Positions 36,714 to 51,804 of a stretch of 64,000 nucleotides of DNA are shown piece after piece; the first letter of the stretch is position 1, and each line of letters opens with the position of its first letter. The stretch comes from Octopus sinensis (lineage: Eukaryota). The notes below the pieces were generated by a model. That model did no database searches. It was not told the DNA's origin and saw only the letters and a program-made list of their open reading frames with translations. Location: contig NC_043005.1 of assembly GCF_006345805.1 (NCBI RefSeq), positions 73,284,001 to 73,348,000 of the forward strand. The letters run 5' to 3'. The translations under genes and the position numbers were made by a program.

Positions 36714-37059
36714 ATTCTTCTTGCATCATAAATCAATGTTCGAAGCTTTTATTGGTTACATAGTTTCAGCTGAAAAATTGTTTGTACATGAAACCTGTGG
36801 GTTTATATTTTATGTGCGACTTTAAATAGCACCAGATAAGGTTTCATTTCTATAATGTATACCCTATTGTGTGATTAACGTTTAAAGAGAGTTTAAATGT
36901 TAAAATTTGTTTTCGAAAACTGTATGAACAAATTTATATTTATGTAACCTATTCCACATACACACACTTACACACTCTCTCTTCCTCTCCTTCTTGTGTG
37001 TACGTGTGTCCTTATATACAATATCTGATTTCCTGACAATAAGGTAGGGCAGCTGCTGT

Positions 37060-37530
37060 GATGATGGTTTTTAAAGCCGAAACACATGTCCGCAACTGTC
37101 CGCTTGTCTCCAGAAAATCAGACTTCTGGCGTTATGTGATATCAGTTGTTGTGGCCCCCCTTCGGTCATGAATGACCATGAGATTGCACCTAGAAGGTTA
37201 CCCTCCGAGGCACAAGTCTGGGCAAGGTTGTTTATGGAAGGCCAGCAGTCGCTCACGCATACTAGTTTCCCTCTCCACGCCACCGATGTTATCCAAGGGA
37301 AAAGCAAAGGCCAATACAGCTTGGCACCAGTAACGTAGCAGTTCATTTATTAATGTGCAAGTGGCTGAGCACTCCACAGACACGTGTACCCTTAACGTAG
37401 TTTTCGGGGATATTCAGCGTGACACAGAGTGTGGCAAGGCTGGCCCTTTGAAATAAAGGTACAACAGAAACAGGAAGAAAGAAAGTTGTGGTGAAAGAGT
37501 ACAGCAGGGTTCACCACCACACCAACTTTA
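37060..37530 (-). mobile_element. Composite SINE related to families C and D, 5'-truncated
   Basis: Shares tttcaaagggccagc..cacgctgaat..aactacgttaagggta with 30558-30865 and ggtgaaccctgctgtactct with 40095-40399. Confidence 0.65.
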
Positions 37531-37810
37531 ATATTATCTCCCTCACCCCACATTTTTCTTTCCTTTTTTGTCCTTGTTGCAAGCGATTGATTGCGTTACC
37601 TTCCCTGGAAGTTGACCTGATTTCAATAAATCAGGAATCTCTCTTGTACGGTACCTAACAAAACCTATTTTCTCTTTCTTGTACAAATAAATTCCATGAG
37701 TTACACTGAGTTATTTCTCTTACTTCGTCTTCGTTTCATTTACGTGCACACAAATACACCCAAACATGCATACACACACACACATTCATATATATATAAA
37801 TACACACATA

Positions 37811-38298
37811 GGCGCAGGAGTGGCTGTGTGGATAGGTGCAGGAGTGGCTGTGTGGATAGGTGCAGGAGTGGCTGTGTGGTAAGTAGCTTGCTTACCAACC
37901 ACATGGTTCCGGGTTCATTCCGATTGCGTGACACCTTGGGCAAATGTTTTCTACTATAATAGCCTCGGGCCGACCAAAGCCTTGTGAGTGGATTTGGTAG
38001 ACAGATACTGAAAGAAGCCCATCGTATATATATATATATATATGTGTGTGTGCGTGTGTGTGTGTGTGTGTATGTTTCTGTGTCTGTGCTTGTCTCCCCA
38101 ACATCGATTGACAACCGATTCTGGTGTATTTTCGTCCCCGTAACTTAGCGGTTCAGCAAAAAGAGACCGATAGAATAAGTACTTGACTTACAAAGTACTA
38201 GGCTTACAAAGTCCCGGAGTCGATTTGCTCGACTAAAGGCGGTGCTCCAGCATAGCCGTAGTCAATGACTAAAACAAGTAAAAGAGTAAAAAAGTAAG
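37811..38298 (+). mobile_element. SINE family A, full length, with triplicated 24-bp 5' end
   Basis: taggygcaggagtggctgtgtgg x3, then the family A body and tail. Confidence 0.88.
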
Positions 38299-39316
38299 AG
38301 ACGCACGCAAACACGCACGCAAACACTCACACACGCTGACACACACAGACACACACACATATATATATATATACATAGATATATACACATACGTATATAT
38401 GTATGTATGTACGTATGTATGTATGAATGTATGTATGTATGTATGAACGTAGACATAAACATATGTGTATATACTATTATATTCACATTTCTACCTTTTC
38501 TTTATTATCACATATCCCTCGCCGACATTGTGATTCAAATCCTAGCTTTAGAATTTAAAACAAATTATAGACATTTGACTTCACTGATTAGAATTTATCC
38601 CATAATGAGATTTAGTAATTTGCCCAACAAGATAAGTGCATCTATGAATCACAAGCACATCAGTCATACATGTGTACGCCCACTCTCATACCAACATATC
38701 CTAGACCCTTACGTTTGAAAGCCTCAACTCCATTCTTAAATCCAAATGACTTCACCACCGACACAACCCTTACAAATTACACACACATTTCCATTATGAC
38801 ACTTTCATACTTTAATGATTTTGATTTTGAATTTACAGAGACTGGCACGTTTCTGACCTCGCTGTCAATACAATTCAGTTTCATTTCCTATTATTTCAAG
38901 AATTAAAATTTCCTTTACTTATTTACATATTTACATATTTCATTTACACGCATATATTCACAAATATATTGTCCGCACTCTTAAGAATTTAGTTCAAAGT
39001 TGATTTCTGAAAATAAAATTCAACTTAAATTTCTAATTGGCCACACAATTTGCATATCAATAAACACGCATAACACATACACACATTCATATACTCGTTC
39101 AGTCATGCACACAAATAGACCAGATCCATTAACTGGTTTCCATAAGCATGCACACCTATATGTATATACATACATACATACATACATACATACATACATA
39201 CATACATACATACATACATACATACATACATACATACAAACTTACATACGTATATATATAATATATACATATATATATATGGCAGTAACTCGACTGCACA
39301 ACTGATTTGATTATAG

Positions 39317-39484
39317 CACTGGTTCCCAGCCTGGGGTCAGCGGACCCCTGGTAGTCCGGAAAGGCAGTAGTGGAGTCCGTGAACTAAATTCAGAATTTCA
39401 TTTATAAATATATACACAAGGATAAGCATATTAAAAGGGGTCCGTGGGAAAACTTATTTTTAATAAAAGGGTTGGTGATAACTG
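39317..39484. mobile_element. Degenerate hAT-type MITE
   Basis: Imperfect TIRs cactggttcccagcc / ggttggtgataactg, with internal ggggtcagcggacccc and aggggtccgtgg typical of Charlie/MER5-like MITEs. Confidence 0.45.
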
Positions 39485-39811
39485 GTTTATTGTGATCAAA
39501 TTTATGTGCTGCATATTAGCTCCCACTCTAAATTAAATCGACGTAGCCTGGACAGGTGCAGAGTGTACCACCAGGTATCAGATGTCGAAGTGATGGAAAA
39601 ACAACATGAGATGAAGTGTTTTGTTCAAGAACACCTACGCACGGCATAATTCAGGAATTGAACCTACGATCTCTCGACCGTGACCGCAACACCCTGATCA
39701 CTAGGACATGCACCTTACTCCACTCCCCACAACAAAACTGCGAAACTTAAACACTCAAATTTTCCGTTTCAATAAAGTCACACATAACCCAAGTAAATTT
39801 GATCTGAAATC

Positions 39812-40028
39812 TCTGTGCCCTTAACATAGTTCTCGAGGAGATTCTGCGTGACAGAGTGTGACAAGGCTGGCCCTTTGAAATACAGGTACTACTCATTTTT
39901 GCCAGCTGACTGGACTGGAGCAACGTGAAATAAAGTGTCTTGTTCAAGGACACAACGCGCCGCCGGGAATTGAACTCACGACCTTACGATCATAAGCCGA
40001 ATGTCCCTAACCACTAAGCCACGCGCCT
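39812..40028 (-). mobile_element. SINE family C
   Basis: Reverse complement of the 5' two-thirds of 30558-30865. Confidence 0.8.
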
Positions 40029-40094
40029 TCATAGACACACACATACGCACACACACACTCATACATGTATATATACGCATATACTTTTACATAT

Positions 40095-40399
40095 ATCACG
40101 TGATCACGTGACCGACCAGACCATCAGATGTTGTTACACATCGCTGGTCACAATGCGTTCGCATTGTTTTAGCCTTCGAATGACGCCACCCCGCTGGCTA
40201 AGCGAGCAGGCCAACAGAAGAAAGAGTGGGAGAAAGAGTGGTGGAAGAGTACAGCAGGGATCACCACCCCCTGCCGGAGCCTCGTGGAGCTTTTAGGTGT
40301 TTTTGCTGAATAAACACTCACAAGGCCCGGTCTGGGAATCGAAACCGCGATCCTACGACCGCGAGTCCGCTGCCCTAACCACTGGGCCATTGCGCCTCC
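40095..40399 (-). mobile_element. tRNA-derived SINE, family D
   Basis: Minus strand: ggaggcgcaatggcccagtggttagggcagcggactcgcggtc..ggtttcgattccc (A and B boxes), tail cacgtgatcacgtgat. Confidence 0.8.
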
Positions 40400-41654
40400 A
40401 CTTTACATATATACATATAAGTATATACAGATATATATTTGTATGCATAAAGGTACGTGTGCTTGTATGTATAAATGCATGTATGTATGTATGCATATGT
40501 TAATGTATGTATATGTGTTGCATAACCACAGCTATAACACCTAAAATGCAAGCACAGTTTCCAGTTTCTTGATTTCGATCAACAGGATCATAATCTATAT
40601 AACTATAAAACTGGGCAAACTTTAGCATAGAATAGAACGGTTCGACTTATCTTTGCTGATCGAAAACTGTCATCACAGCGCCAAAAACAGAATAAAAATG
40701 GAAGACAGCGTATTAAATAGCTTTGATCATTCGGGCATTAACGTAAGCCAGATCGCATTGTTCAGAAGCCAAATTAAAACGATCCATTTGATGAAGATTA
40801 ACTTTATTACGATAACTCACCTTTTTAAACCACACTTCTGCAATGTAAAGAATTCCCCAGCTGCTATGTAAGTAATTAATTCTCTTCATGACTGTACACC
40901 GGCGAAAATATATATTCTGTTATCAGTATTGATTATATAAATTTCTTTAGGTAAGCAGTTATTACGGGGAAATGTAGTTATTCGCAAATAACCTTCGTCA
41001 CATTCCCAACCTGGTTGCTGAATGAGATTTTAATAGAAATTAATATCTCATCTAGCAGCTAGATAATGTGTTAATAATGACCATTGATCAACTACACTTT
41101 ATGGGTCAGGTTCTTTTATTAATTTATTTACTTATTTTTACTTTGTCAGACTATTTCCATTTAGTTTGTCTCGCCAACGGAGTCAGTAATAACATCCTGT
41201 TTTGTTTGGTGGTTTCATAATGCTCTCGTCTTCTACACGTCCTCAGAAAATTCTTTCTCTACCACCATCAAAGCGTGTGTGAGAGAGCGTAGTGTGTTTG
41301 TGTGTGTGTGTGAGAGAGAGAGTGTGTGCGTGTGAGTGTGTGGTTGCGAGAGAGGTGCGTGCATATGTGTGCATAATACAAACGTGAGTATCTGGACTAC
41401 ATACACACATGCATATAAACATTACAAACACATAACTACCTACACACACACACACACATACACACACATATGAATGTACCTATATACACCTATGCATATA
41501 CACATACACACATACACATGTAAAAGTCTATAAGCACATACATATAAACACACATGAATGTATATATATTAATATATATATAGAAATGAATATATAGAAT
41601 TGTCAATTCAAATTTAATAATATAATATATTTTTATTATAATATAATGAATATT

Positions 41655-42221
41655 CTTTTCTACTCTAAGCACAAGGCCCGAGATTTTGGGAGAGAGGGCC
41701 AGTTGATTAGATCGACTCCAGTACGCAACAGGGACTTAATTTACGACCCCGAAAGGATGAAAGGCAAAGTGGATTTCGGCGGAATTTGAACTCAGTACGT
41801 AGCGGCAGACGAAATACCTATTTTTTTTACTACCCATAAGGGGCTACACACAGAGGGGACAAACAAAGACAGAAAAACGGATTAAGCCGATTACATCCAT
41901 CCCAGTGCGTAACTGGTACTTATTTAAGCGACCCAGAAAGGATGAAAGACAAAATTGACCTCGGTGGAATTTGAACTCAGAACGTAGTGGCAGACGAAAT
42001 ACCTATTTCTTTACTACCCACAAGGGGCTAAACACAGAGAGGAAAAACGGATTAAGTCGATTACATCGAACCTGGTGCGTAACTGGTACTCAATTTATCG
42101 ACCCCGAAAGGATGAAAGGCAAAGTCGACCTCGGTGGAATTTGAACTCAGAACGGAACTGCAGACGAAATACCACTGAGCATTTCGCCCGGCGTGCTAAC
42201 GTTTCTGCCAGCTCACCGCCA
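41655..42221 (-). mobile_element. SINE family B concatemer (one head, three bodies)
   Basis: The ~185-bp body repeats three times, with junctions at gaaatacctattt (41811 and 41996). Confidence 0.85.
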
Positions 42222-42498
42222 TAATAAATGATAAATATTTAATACAAATTACACACAATTGTTTCCATTCCTACCCATAATAGAATTATAAAAATCCATT
42301 GTTTGTGGGTAAGAATCTCTTCAATGTAATTTTTGTATATGAGGATTCACAAATCCAAGAAAAGACTGAATTCAGTCTCTTTTATAAGTTTCATATATAC
42401 CCATGTGATTTGTAAGGTTTTTCTCTACAAACTTCGGTATTAAACAGTAGAGTCAATGAAAGATTGGATGTTTTCATCCCTATTGTCCTTATATATAT

Positions 42499-42544
<46 letters not shown>

Positions 42545-42548
42545 GATG

Positions 42549-42616
<68 letters not shown>

Positions 42617-43182
42617 TTTGCATATCCAGTTTAATTTGGATATGTTGTTTTGAATTACATAGGCTGCAGTAATCGTTCTGAGAAATAATCCCACCTCATA
42701 TAGATGTTAAGTGCTAAAAGAGAACTCATCGTATCAGCAGACGAGATTTTCTCAGAAGCTGCGGACGGGATCGTTGTTCACGGAAAAATTTGCTCTTCGT
42801 CAGCTACATGTACCCTGCCACCGAATGTCAGATCGAAAATCACCCAAACCGATAGAGTTTAACACATTAAACTGATGTACTTTAACAATGATGTCTCAAA
42901 AAGATGGCTGGATGTGTATATATTAGCTATTTACAACGGAGGCAACTTTTGTAACGAATATCAATTTGAAGTTCCAACTTAACTTGGATGTAGGAAAAAA
43001 TCCTCAAATGGAATATATGCCCTTGATTTAATTTTATAACAACGGCGTGATTTGAACTCAGAAAGTAAACAGACACAGCAATTACTAAATGTATTATGTA
43101 TATATAGATGGAGAGAGAGAGAGAGAGAGAGAGCGATTAGAATATATAGAATATATAGGGAGAGGTAGATAGGCAGACAGAC

Positions 43183-43244
<62 letters not shown>

Positions 43245-43289
43245 TTAGGTAGATAGATAGATAGATAGATAGGTAGGTAGGTAGGTAGG

Positions 43290-43327
<38 letters not shown>

Positions 43328-44001
43328 TACATGTGCGAGTGCATATGTATGTCAGACAAAATCTATCTGTATCCCTCTATTTGTCTCACAGCTCTCTCTC
43401 TCTCTCTTTCTCTTTCCCTCCCTCCCCCTCTCTCTCTCTCTCAAAGAATGTAAGGCTAGAAATAAACCGTGACTGTCTGAGGTGAACAAGAAGCGATTGT
43501 CTTGGGCAAAAGAACATGAAGATTGGACTTGAACTGATGAATGATCGGGCTTAGAGCTGTTTGATCCGGTGAAAATAACTTTGAGGTAGGTTCTCCATAT
43601 TAGTTTCCATTAATTTATCAAGCATAATTGAATTTATTATCTTTCCATTCTGCTTAATACCTTCTCTAATTCACTGTGGCTCGGTTCAACAGTATTAGCT
43701 ATGTACATGAAGATGTAATTTAATATCATCGACCAGAATTCGAAACCAGAGCTTAAATTATACTTGCTAGGAATATCTATTATGCTATATCTTTTTAGCT
43801 TGCAATGTAGAAACAATGATAAGTGGATTAATCGATTAGTCTGACATTCCTCAAAAGAGTAAAGACCTTTGACAAGTTTATGCCAGAGTTACCAAAACCA
43901 GAGCAAATGAACTGCGAGGAAATAATTATTAAGGTATTGATTTATACAATGTCATTCATACTTATACCACACAGACACACAACAAACACACACACACACA
44001 C

Positions 44002-44055
<54 letters not shown>

Positions 44056-45612
44056 ACATATATATACATAAAAACAAAAATAACATTGATCACCAAGATA
44101 ATTATCACAAGCATATTGATCCGTGATATATGTATTCGTTGTTAATGATAATTTCAATCAATATATTAAAATATGTCGTTGTTAACTAATACGATTTTAA
44201 TCTACAACATCGATCTTAATGACCGGAATGATATCTTTTGATGAAGAGAAGGTCAATCTTATCTAGAGGGATATGGCCTCTTTAAATTACAGCCAGTACA
44301 ATGATGTTTTCGAAAGTGCTGTAACATCTTGGTAAAATCTATGCCTCGGCAGTGCTCGATTGAATACATCTTTGGAATGGAGCACATTGAATAACTAGCA
44401 TATAGAATGAATGGGGAATCTTAAATACTAATTTTGAAGCTGTACTTGCTTATCAAAAGACTTCATTGTATTTTGAAACTGAAAGAATTACATCATGGAA
44501 AGTTCATCTGAGCCATGGCATTTAAAATACGCGCATACTGTTATATCTACTTTCGTTGTGTTTGGACTTGTGTCAATGACCGTCCACGATGACATTAATT
44601 GGCGCTTTTATTATTTTGAGTAATAACAAGATATAAAATAAAAATGGATAAAATGGTATATGTATGCATTAAATGTCTATCGTACCTCTTTCCACTATGC
44701 AGTTACTTAAATATTAAAGTGCATTCAGAAGGTGTAGTGCAATAGTCCAAAGGCATCAAGATAATACTGGGAGCCATTCAAAAGAGTGTATACATAATAA
44801 TGCATTGAAGAAAACACTTCAATATCTTGAAGTTGTCAGGTTACTGCGTTTTATCTGGCTATTATTCTATAAAACTGTTTGCAGCGGTATCAATAACTTT
44901 AACATCACACAAAGACGATTTCACTGATAGTTTCCTATAGATTATCAGAAAGCAACAAATGCCTGTAATTTCTCTTGAATTCTCCTCTCTATAGACAGAT
45001 AATGACCAACCCTTATTGTATGGTCGGTGAATACGAACCATTATTTCTGCAGGTATTGCACGTCTCGAGACCAATATCGTTATAAACAAAATTTTGAATA
45101 GAAGAGAGTAATCAATAAAATGCATTTCGAGAAACATAAATTATAATTGAATCATTCATTGATCCCTCGTGATTTTACAATATAATAAACTTTGCAGGAG
45201 CTTTCGGTATCGGAAACATGACTCAAAGAATAACTGAGTATCGGTGTTGATTTTCCTTCAGGAGCACTATCATCTCTTTCAAACTGATGAATTGATAAAG
45301 TCAGATCAAAGTGTTCTGCTCAGAAATACAACAAAACACTTTCAGCATATATGAAGGCAACATCGCCATCATGATTTCATACACACGGAATATAGAATAC
45401 ACATAAGCAGATTCTTGATAATTTTTTTACTGAAATATGAAATTTTGCTGGTCATGCATTCTCTAAGATTATGACTGGCAAAAGTTAATCAAAGTAAATT
45501 ATTGTCGCAATTTCTGAAAAATAGTTACGTTGAATAAAAGTTCCCAACAGTTCGCTCAGGGTCAAATATTTTGTCTCCAAACTACCAGCTTTTCGCAGAT
45601 GTTTGCCATATA

Positions 45613-46026
45613 GGCGTAAGAGTGGCTGTGTGGTAAGTAGTTGGCTTACGAACTGCAGGGTTCAGGGTTCATTCCCAGTGCGTGGCACTTTGGGCAAGTG
45701 TAATCTACTATAACCGCGGGCCAACCAAAGCCTTGGGAGTGAATTTGGTAGACGGACACTGAAAGAAGCCCGTCGTTTATATATATATATGTGGGGGTGT
45801 ATGTGCGTGTGTATATGTTTGTGTGTCTGTGTCTGTCCCCCCAACATCTCTTGACAACCGATGCTAGTGTGTTTGATTCCCCGTAACTTAGCGGTTCGGC
45901 AAAAGAGACCGATAGAATAAGTACTAGGCTTACAAACAATAAGTCCCGGGGTCGATGTGCTCGACTAAAGGCGGTGCTCCATCATGGCCACAGTCAAATA
46001 ACTAAAACAAGTAAAAGAGTAAAAGA
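45613..46026 (+). mobile_element. SINE family A, full length
   Basis: Head, CORE-like segment, internal TA/TG tract, (agtaaaag) tail. Confidence 0.88.
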
Positions 46027-46072
46027 ATACTCTTCACGTCTGCTTAACATGCCAGAACCTCTCCTCATTTCC

Positions 46073-46197
46073 CAACCACATGGTTCCGGGTTCAATTCCA
46101 TTGTTTAACACGTTGGGCAAGTGTCTTCTACTATAACTTCACGCCGACCAAAGCCTTGTAAGTGGTTTTGGTAGACGGGAACTGAAAGAAGCCCTTC

Positions 46198-46265
<68 letters not shown>

Positions 46266-46480
46266 GTTATGTATTATGTATGTGTGTCTCTGTGTTTGTC
46301 TCTCACGTCCCTTGACAGCAGATGTTGGCGTGTTTACGTCCCCGTATATAGCGGTTCGGTAAAAGAGACTGATAGAATAGGCACGAGAGTTACAAAGAAA
46401 AAGAACAGGGTTGATTTGTTCGACTAAACGCAGTGCTCCAACATGGCTGCTGTCAAATGACTGAACAGTTAAAAGAAACG
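46073..46480 (+). mobile_element. SINE family A, 5'-truncated older copy
   Basis: ccaaccacatggttccgggttcaattcc...ggcaagtgtcttctactata...tcaaatgactgaacag. Confidence 0.8.
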
Positions 46481-46517
46481 AAAGAAAAAAGCACTATATA
46501 TATATAAAGAAAAAATG

Positions 46518-46580
<63 letters not shown>

Positions 46581-46594
46581 CATATTTCATATAT

Positions 46595-46756
46595 ATATAA
46601 AATACAGTATACATTAAAACACATTAAGAGGCTTCCATCATAGGAATCCATTACGCTAGAAAGACAGTTAAAGTCCAAACCACTGTTCTTTCTAGCGTAA
46701 AGGATTCCTATTATGGAAGCCTCTTAATGTGTTTTAATGTATACTGTATTTTATAT
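46595..46756. repeat. Near-perfect foldback inverted repeat (~73-bp arms, 15-nt loop)
   Basis: The arms differ by two substitutions and one indel. The inner part reads TA|CAGT...ACTG|TA. Confidence 0.9.
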
Positions 46757-47630
46757 CAATAATATATAGATATATAGTCTATTGACTAATTTTTTTTACG
46801 CTAGGCTACTGGTAGTAGAAATGTCTAAATTTTTTTTTATCCTGATATTATTAACTATATATATATATACATATACACACTTTTACTCTTTTAGAGGAAT
46901 TTTTCAGCACCCCCTCGTACATGTTAATGTCAGTGTTTATTTTAGTGACTTACATTATTACTGAAATGTTTGCTAATTCTTTCGTGAAATGTCTTCCTGT
47001 TGCAGCGTAAAGAATCTACTTTTTATTCCAAAAGCCAAATTCACTTAATCGAGTATGTCGTTAGCTCGACAAATAAAAACGCTAATATTTGATCATTCGA
47101 TCTGTTGGAACATCCTTCTCATCCCACCATATCTCTTAAAGAACTAGAATGACATATTACATAAGGCAGTCTGAGTTGTACGAGGTCAGGTTAGTCGGAG
47201 ACGGTTAGAACGTATTTGGTCAAAGGTTAGCTTAATCAGAGATGACAACGAGGACAACAGCAAATGGATAGGTGAGAAGAATTAATAGATATTTTAGCTA
47301 GATCTCATGTATCCAAGTAACCAGTTTACAATTAGGTTAAAGAGCTAATAGAAGACTTAGATGTTACATTGATTGCAGACGACGAATGAAAAGAGATTTT
47401 GTTATCGCAAAACATGCTCCTTTCTCGATTGTACTTCTGGCATTCTATTCCATCTTTTATATTTTTTAGACAGTGTATTGGATAAATTTACCCAATATAA
47501 CATTAATTTATCCTTTTTATTTTCATGATGTAAGCTAGAGAGTGTGTTGTATTCTCTATTAAGTTAAGCGTATAATCAATAAATTCGTTCGCATTATATT
47601 TTGGTTATTATTATTATTATTATTATTATT

Positions 47631-48281
<651 letters not shown>

Positions 48282-48643
48282 TGTTGATCACAGAGGAATG
48301 GACATTTATATCGTTTTCCTCGGTCGAGCGGAGAGGAATGAGTGGCGAAATTGAAAGTGCGAGGTTGTAACACAAAGAGAAAAAAAAAAAGAAAATTGGC
48401 CCCGATCTTTTACATTAAAAGGTATTTTGTTGCAGGCATAAATATTTCTAGCAATCTCCTTGCTCCTAATGAAACGATCATTTTTCTCTCAAAAAGTCAT
48501 CTGACATTCGCACCTACACGCTAGTACACATATACTCATGCACACGCACAAACCACACACAACACACACACAAACTACGCACACACACACACAGACACAC
48601 AAACACATACACACACATACATATATATATATATATACATATA

Positions 48644-48800
48644 TACGACAGGCTTCTTTCAGTTTCCGTCTACCAAATCCACTCACAAGGTATTGGTCGG
48701 CCCGGGGCTATAGCAGAAGACACTTGCCCAAGATGCCACGCAGTGGGACTGAACCTGGAGCCATGTGGTTGTTTAGCAAGCTACTTACCACACAGCCACT

Positions 48801-48856
<56 letters not shown>

Positions 48857-49008
48857 TATATAATATAATGTATATACGACAGTTTTCTTTCAGTTCTGTC
48901 TACCAAATCTACTCACAAGGCGTTGATCGGCCCGAGCTATAATAAAAGACACTTGCTCAAAATGACATGCAGTGGGAGTGAACCTGGAACCATATAAGCT
49001 AGGAAGCA
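48644..49008 (-). mobile_element. Two tandem partial SINE family A copies
   Basis: cagtttccgtctaccaaatccactcacaagg...gaagacacttgcccaag at 48644-48802, and again at 48875-49008. Confidence 0.8.
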
Positions 49009-49050
49009 CACATATATATATATATGTGTGTATATATTTTTTTATATATG

Positions 49051-49102
<52 letters not shown>

Positions 49103-50145
49103 ATTGATCAAAATAAAAATAAAAATAAAAAAAACATCGCCTCATGTTTTTATTTTTGTTTTATTTTTATTTTTATTTGATCAATTTACTCCACCACCTA
49201 CACCACCAAACGGTATACACAGGTGCTTATATATCAAGTCTCACCCCGAATTTCTATATATACATATATATATATATATATGTATATATATAAATGAGTG
49301 TATATATATATATAACTATAGAATTTTTGTTTAAAACAATGGATCCTGATGCAGATAAAGCTATAAATAACAGCATGGAAATATTAGGAGAGAAAATGCG
49401 TTTTGGACAGTAAATGCCGCGGGCTGCACTCAACAATACGTATGTATTTATGTATATATGTTGGTATGTTTATATTGTGTTGGGTTCTCAATTCGTAAGG
49501 ACACTATCGTGATATACAGCATACCTCTGCCACTTTTCAATCTAACGATGCTTATTGTTCTCTGCGTTTGACTCCAACCAGAATTAGAAAAAAAGCACAG
49601 AAACAATAATTGACTAATATATAAGGAACGTACTTTATTTATCGACTCAGATTAAAAACAATACTAGAAATGTGTCCGGTAGATTATGCTGAAACAAACA
49701 CGTGAACGTTCAGTATTCAAGGTCGACCGCTTCGTTTCACGTTTGTCAGAAAAGCTCATCTAAATTTTTCTGCACAGGAAAGACAAGAAAAGCATCAAAA
49801 GAAGCAATGGATTTATTGGCGATTCAGAGGCGAGACTAGGCAAGAGCCGTGAAAGTGACCAATCTTTATTATTAGGTGGAAGCTATGAAACTGAAACGCC
49901 CCTAGCCTACCTTCAAAACGCATAGACAATGGATCAACGAAGTTAACAAAATCCTATACGAAACAATGAGTAATGCACTCCCACGTCACAATCGCACTAG
50001 TACGTTCACTTACGAGGATTAGAATGAAACACAGCCGGTTGATAGGAAAATGCAGACTTCATGAAAATACGGAAAAAAAAGAGACTCAAAACAAAGAAAG
50101 TTAAAAAGTGTATGGTGGAGTTGGACTTCTGTGAAGAAGAAACTA

Positions 50146-50727
50146 TTGGGTTGTCCGGAAAGTTCGTGCCGATTTTTAAAGGGAAGAAAAAGGTCAATAA
50201 ATACTTGGCATTACATTTTTAATCAACCAAATATGAACCATTTTGTTGCACAATGCGTCTCCATCTTTCCTTTAACTTGAAAATACCCTCTTCTCAGAAT
50301 TAAGGTGGTTTCATGGCAAAGAGTTCATCAAGGTATCTTTTTACGTCATCCAATTGAAATGTTTACCATTAATACTATTCCGCAGAGACCTGAATAAGTG
50401 GAAATCTGAAGGAGCAATATCTGGTGAATATGGAAAGTAGGGTAACATATCCTAGCCGAGCTGCAGCAATTTTTGTCTGGTTCTCAAATCATCAAGTGCC
50501 GAAAAGGATCTTTCTTATCTTCTATTTTAAAGGGTTAACACAGGTTATAGGAACATAAAGAGTTAACACAGGTTATAGGAACATACGGTTTCTTCCACGG
50601 AAAGATGGCTTAAACTGTACTCTAAATGGAGGTGTAGTCAAATTCTATTTTATGGATTCAACCTTGTTCTAAAATAAGTTGAAAGGCAAGCTACTATAAA
50701 TCGACACGAACTTCCCGGACAACCCAA
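50146..50727 (-). mobile_element. Mariner internal-deletion derivative (mellifera-like)
   Basis: TA|TTGGGTTGTCCGGAAAGTTCGTGCCGATTT...CCGGACAACCCAA|TA. Same deletion as 29088-29639, plus a small internal duplication. Confidence 0.9.
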
Positions 50728-51668
50728 TATATTCAAGAAAAAACTATAACGTATAAAAAAGAGCGTTAGAAAACTACAAGGTGAAAGAAGCCGTTGAACT
50801 AAATAATGCTAAATATAACTCTGAATATGTCTTGTATTGTGTGTGCACCGTGTGTGAGCGTGAGTTTATAATTAGATTTGTTGTAATCGTTCTAACGAAA
50901 ACATTTATGCCATACACACAAGGAATATCCAAACGAAATAAGAACTGAGAAACGAATGGTGATCACAATTTGGACACAAGCACTTTGTGTTGACACAATA
51001 TTTTGGTGTCTCATGATAAAATTCCTTTTTATTTCTTTTAGTATAAAAGTTCCTTATATAAATTATCACTCCGTCAACTGGGGTACTGAAAAGTTCCTGG
51101 CTTTGGGTAAAACAAAATACAGGAGGAATAGTTTATTATGATCGTATTCAAGGTAATCCCCTCTCTGATTCAGACACCTATTGCAGCGGTTCTTCAGTAA
51201 AAGTACTTGGAAGGTTGAGCCTGCAAGCAGGTTTTCGTGACACCATAAAAACCAAGATCTTTTCAGCGCCCCATCATATTACGCCGTTCACTACTCCTCT
51301 CGCTTTCTATATTTTCCACGTCTGGTCCTTCATGTATATATGCTTGTGTAAGCTTCTTTCAACATGCTACTTTGCATTTTTTTTCTGTTTCCCTAACAGC
51401 ATTTGCACTTAATAATACAAAAATTAATATTTTAATTATCATTAATTTCGTCGTTTCGATCATTTCATCCCAGACATCCAATGTAACAGGATTTTGAGCC
51501 ATGGTGAATATTACATCAACTCTCAACAATGAATTTTTTTCATCATGAATGGGAAAATGGCGAACTCGGCATGTGTGAGATTTGAACTCAGAGAGTAAAG
51601 AAGCAAACACATTCCACAATATATTGTTCCTACATATTGAGTCTGACATTCATTGAATATTACACACA

Positions 51669-51699
<31 letters not shown>

Positions 51700-51731
51700 G
51701 CGCGCGCTCATATAGATAGATAAAGACAGAC

Positions 51732-51804
<73 letters not shown>

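Noticed and set aside
51079-51300. Additional mariner-like element
   Set aside because: One TIR-like motif (ggggtactgaaaagttcctggcttt) is present, but no partner TIR or transposase motif was found.
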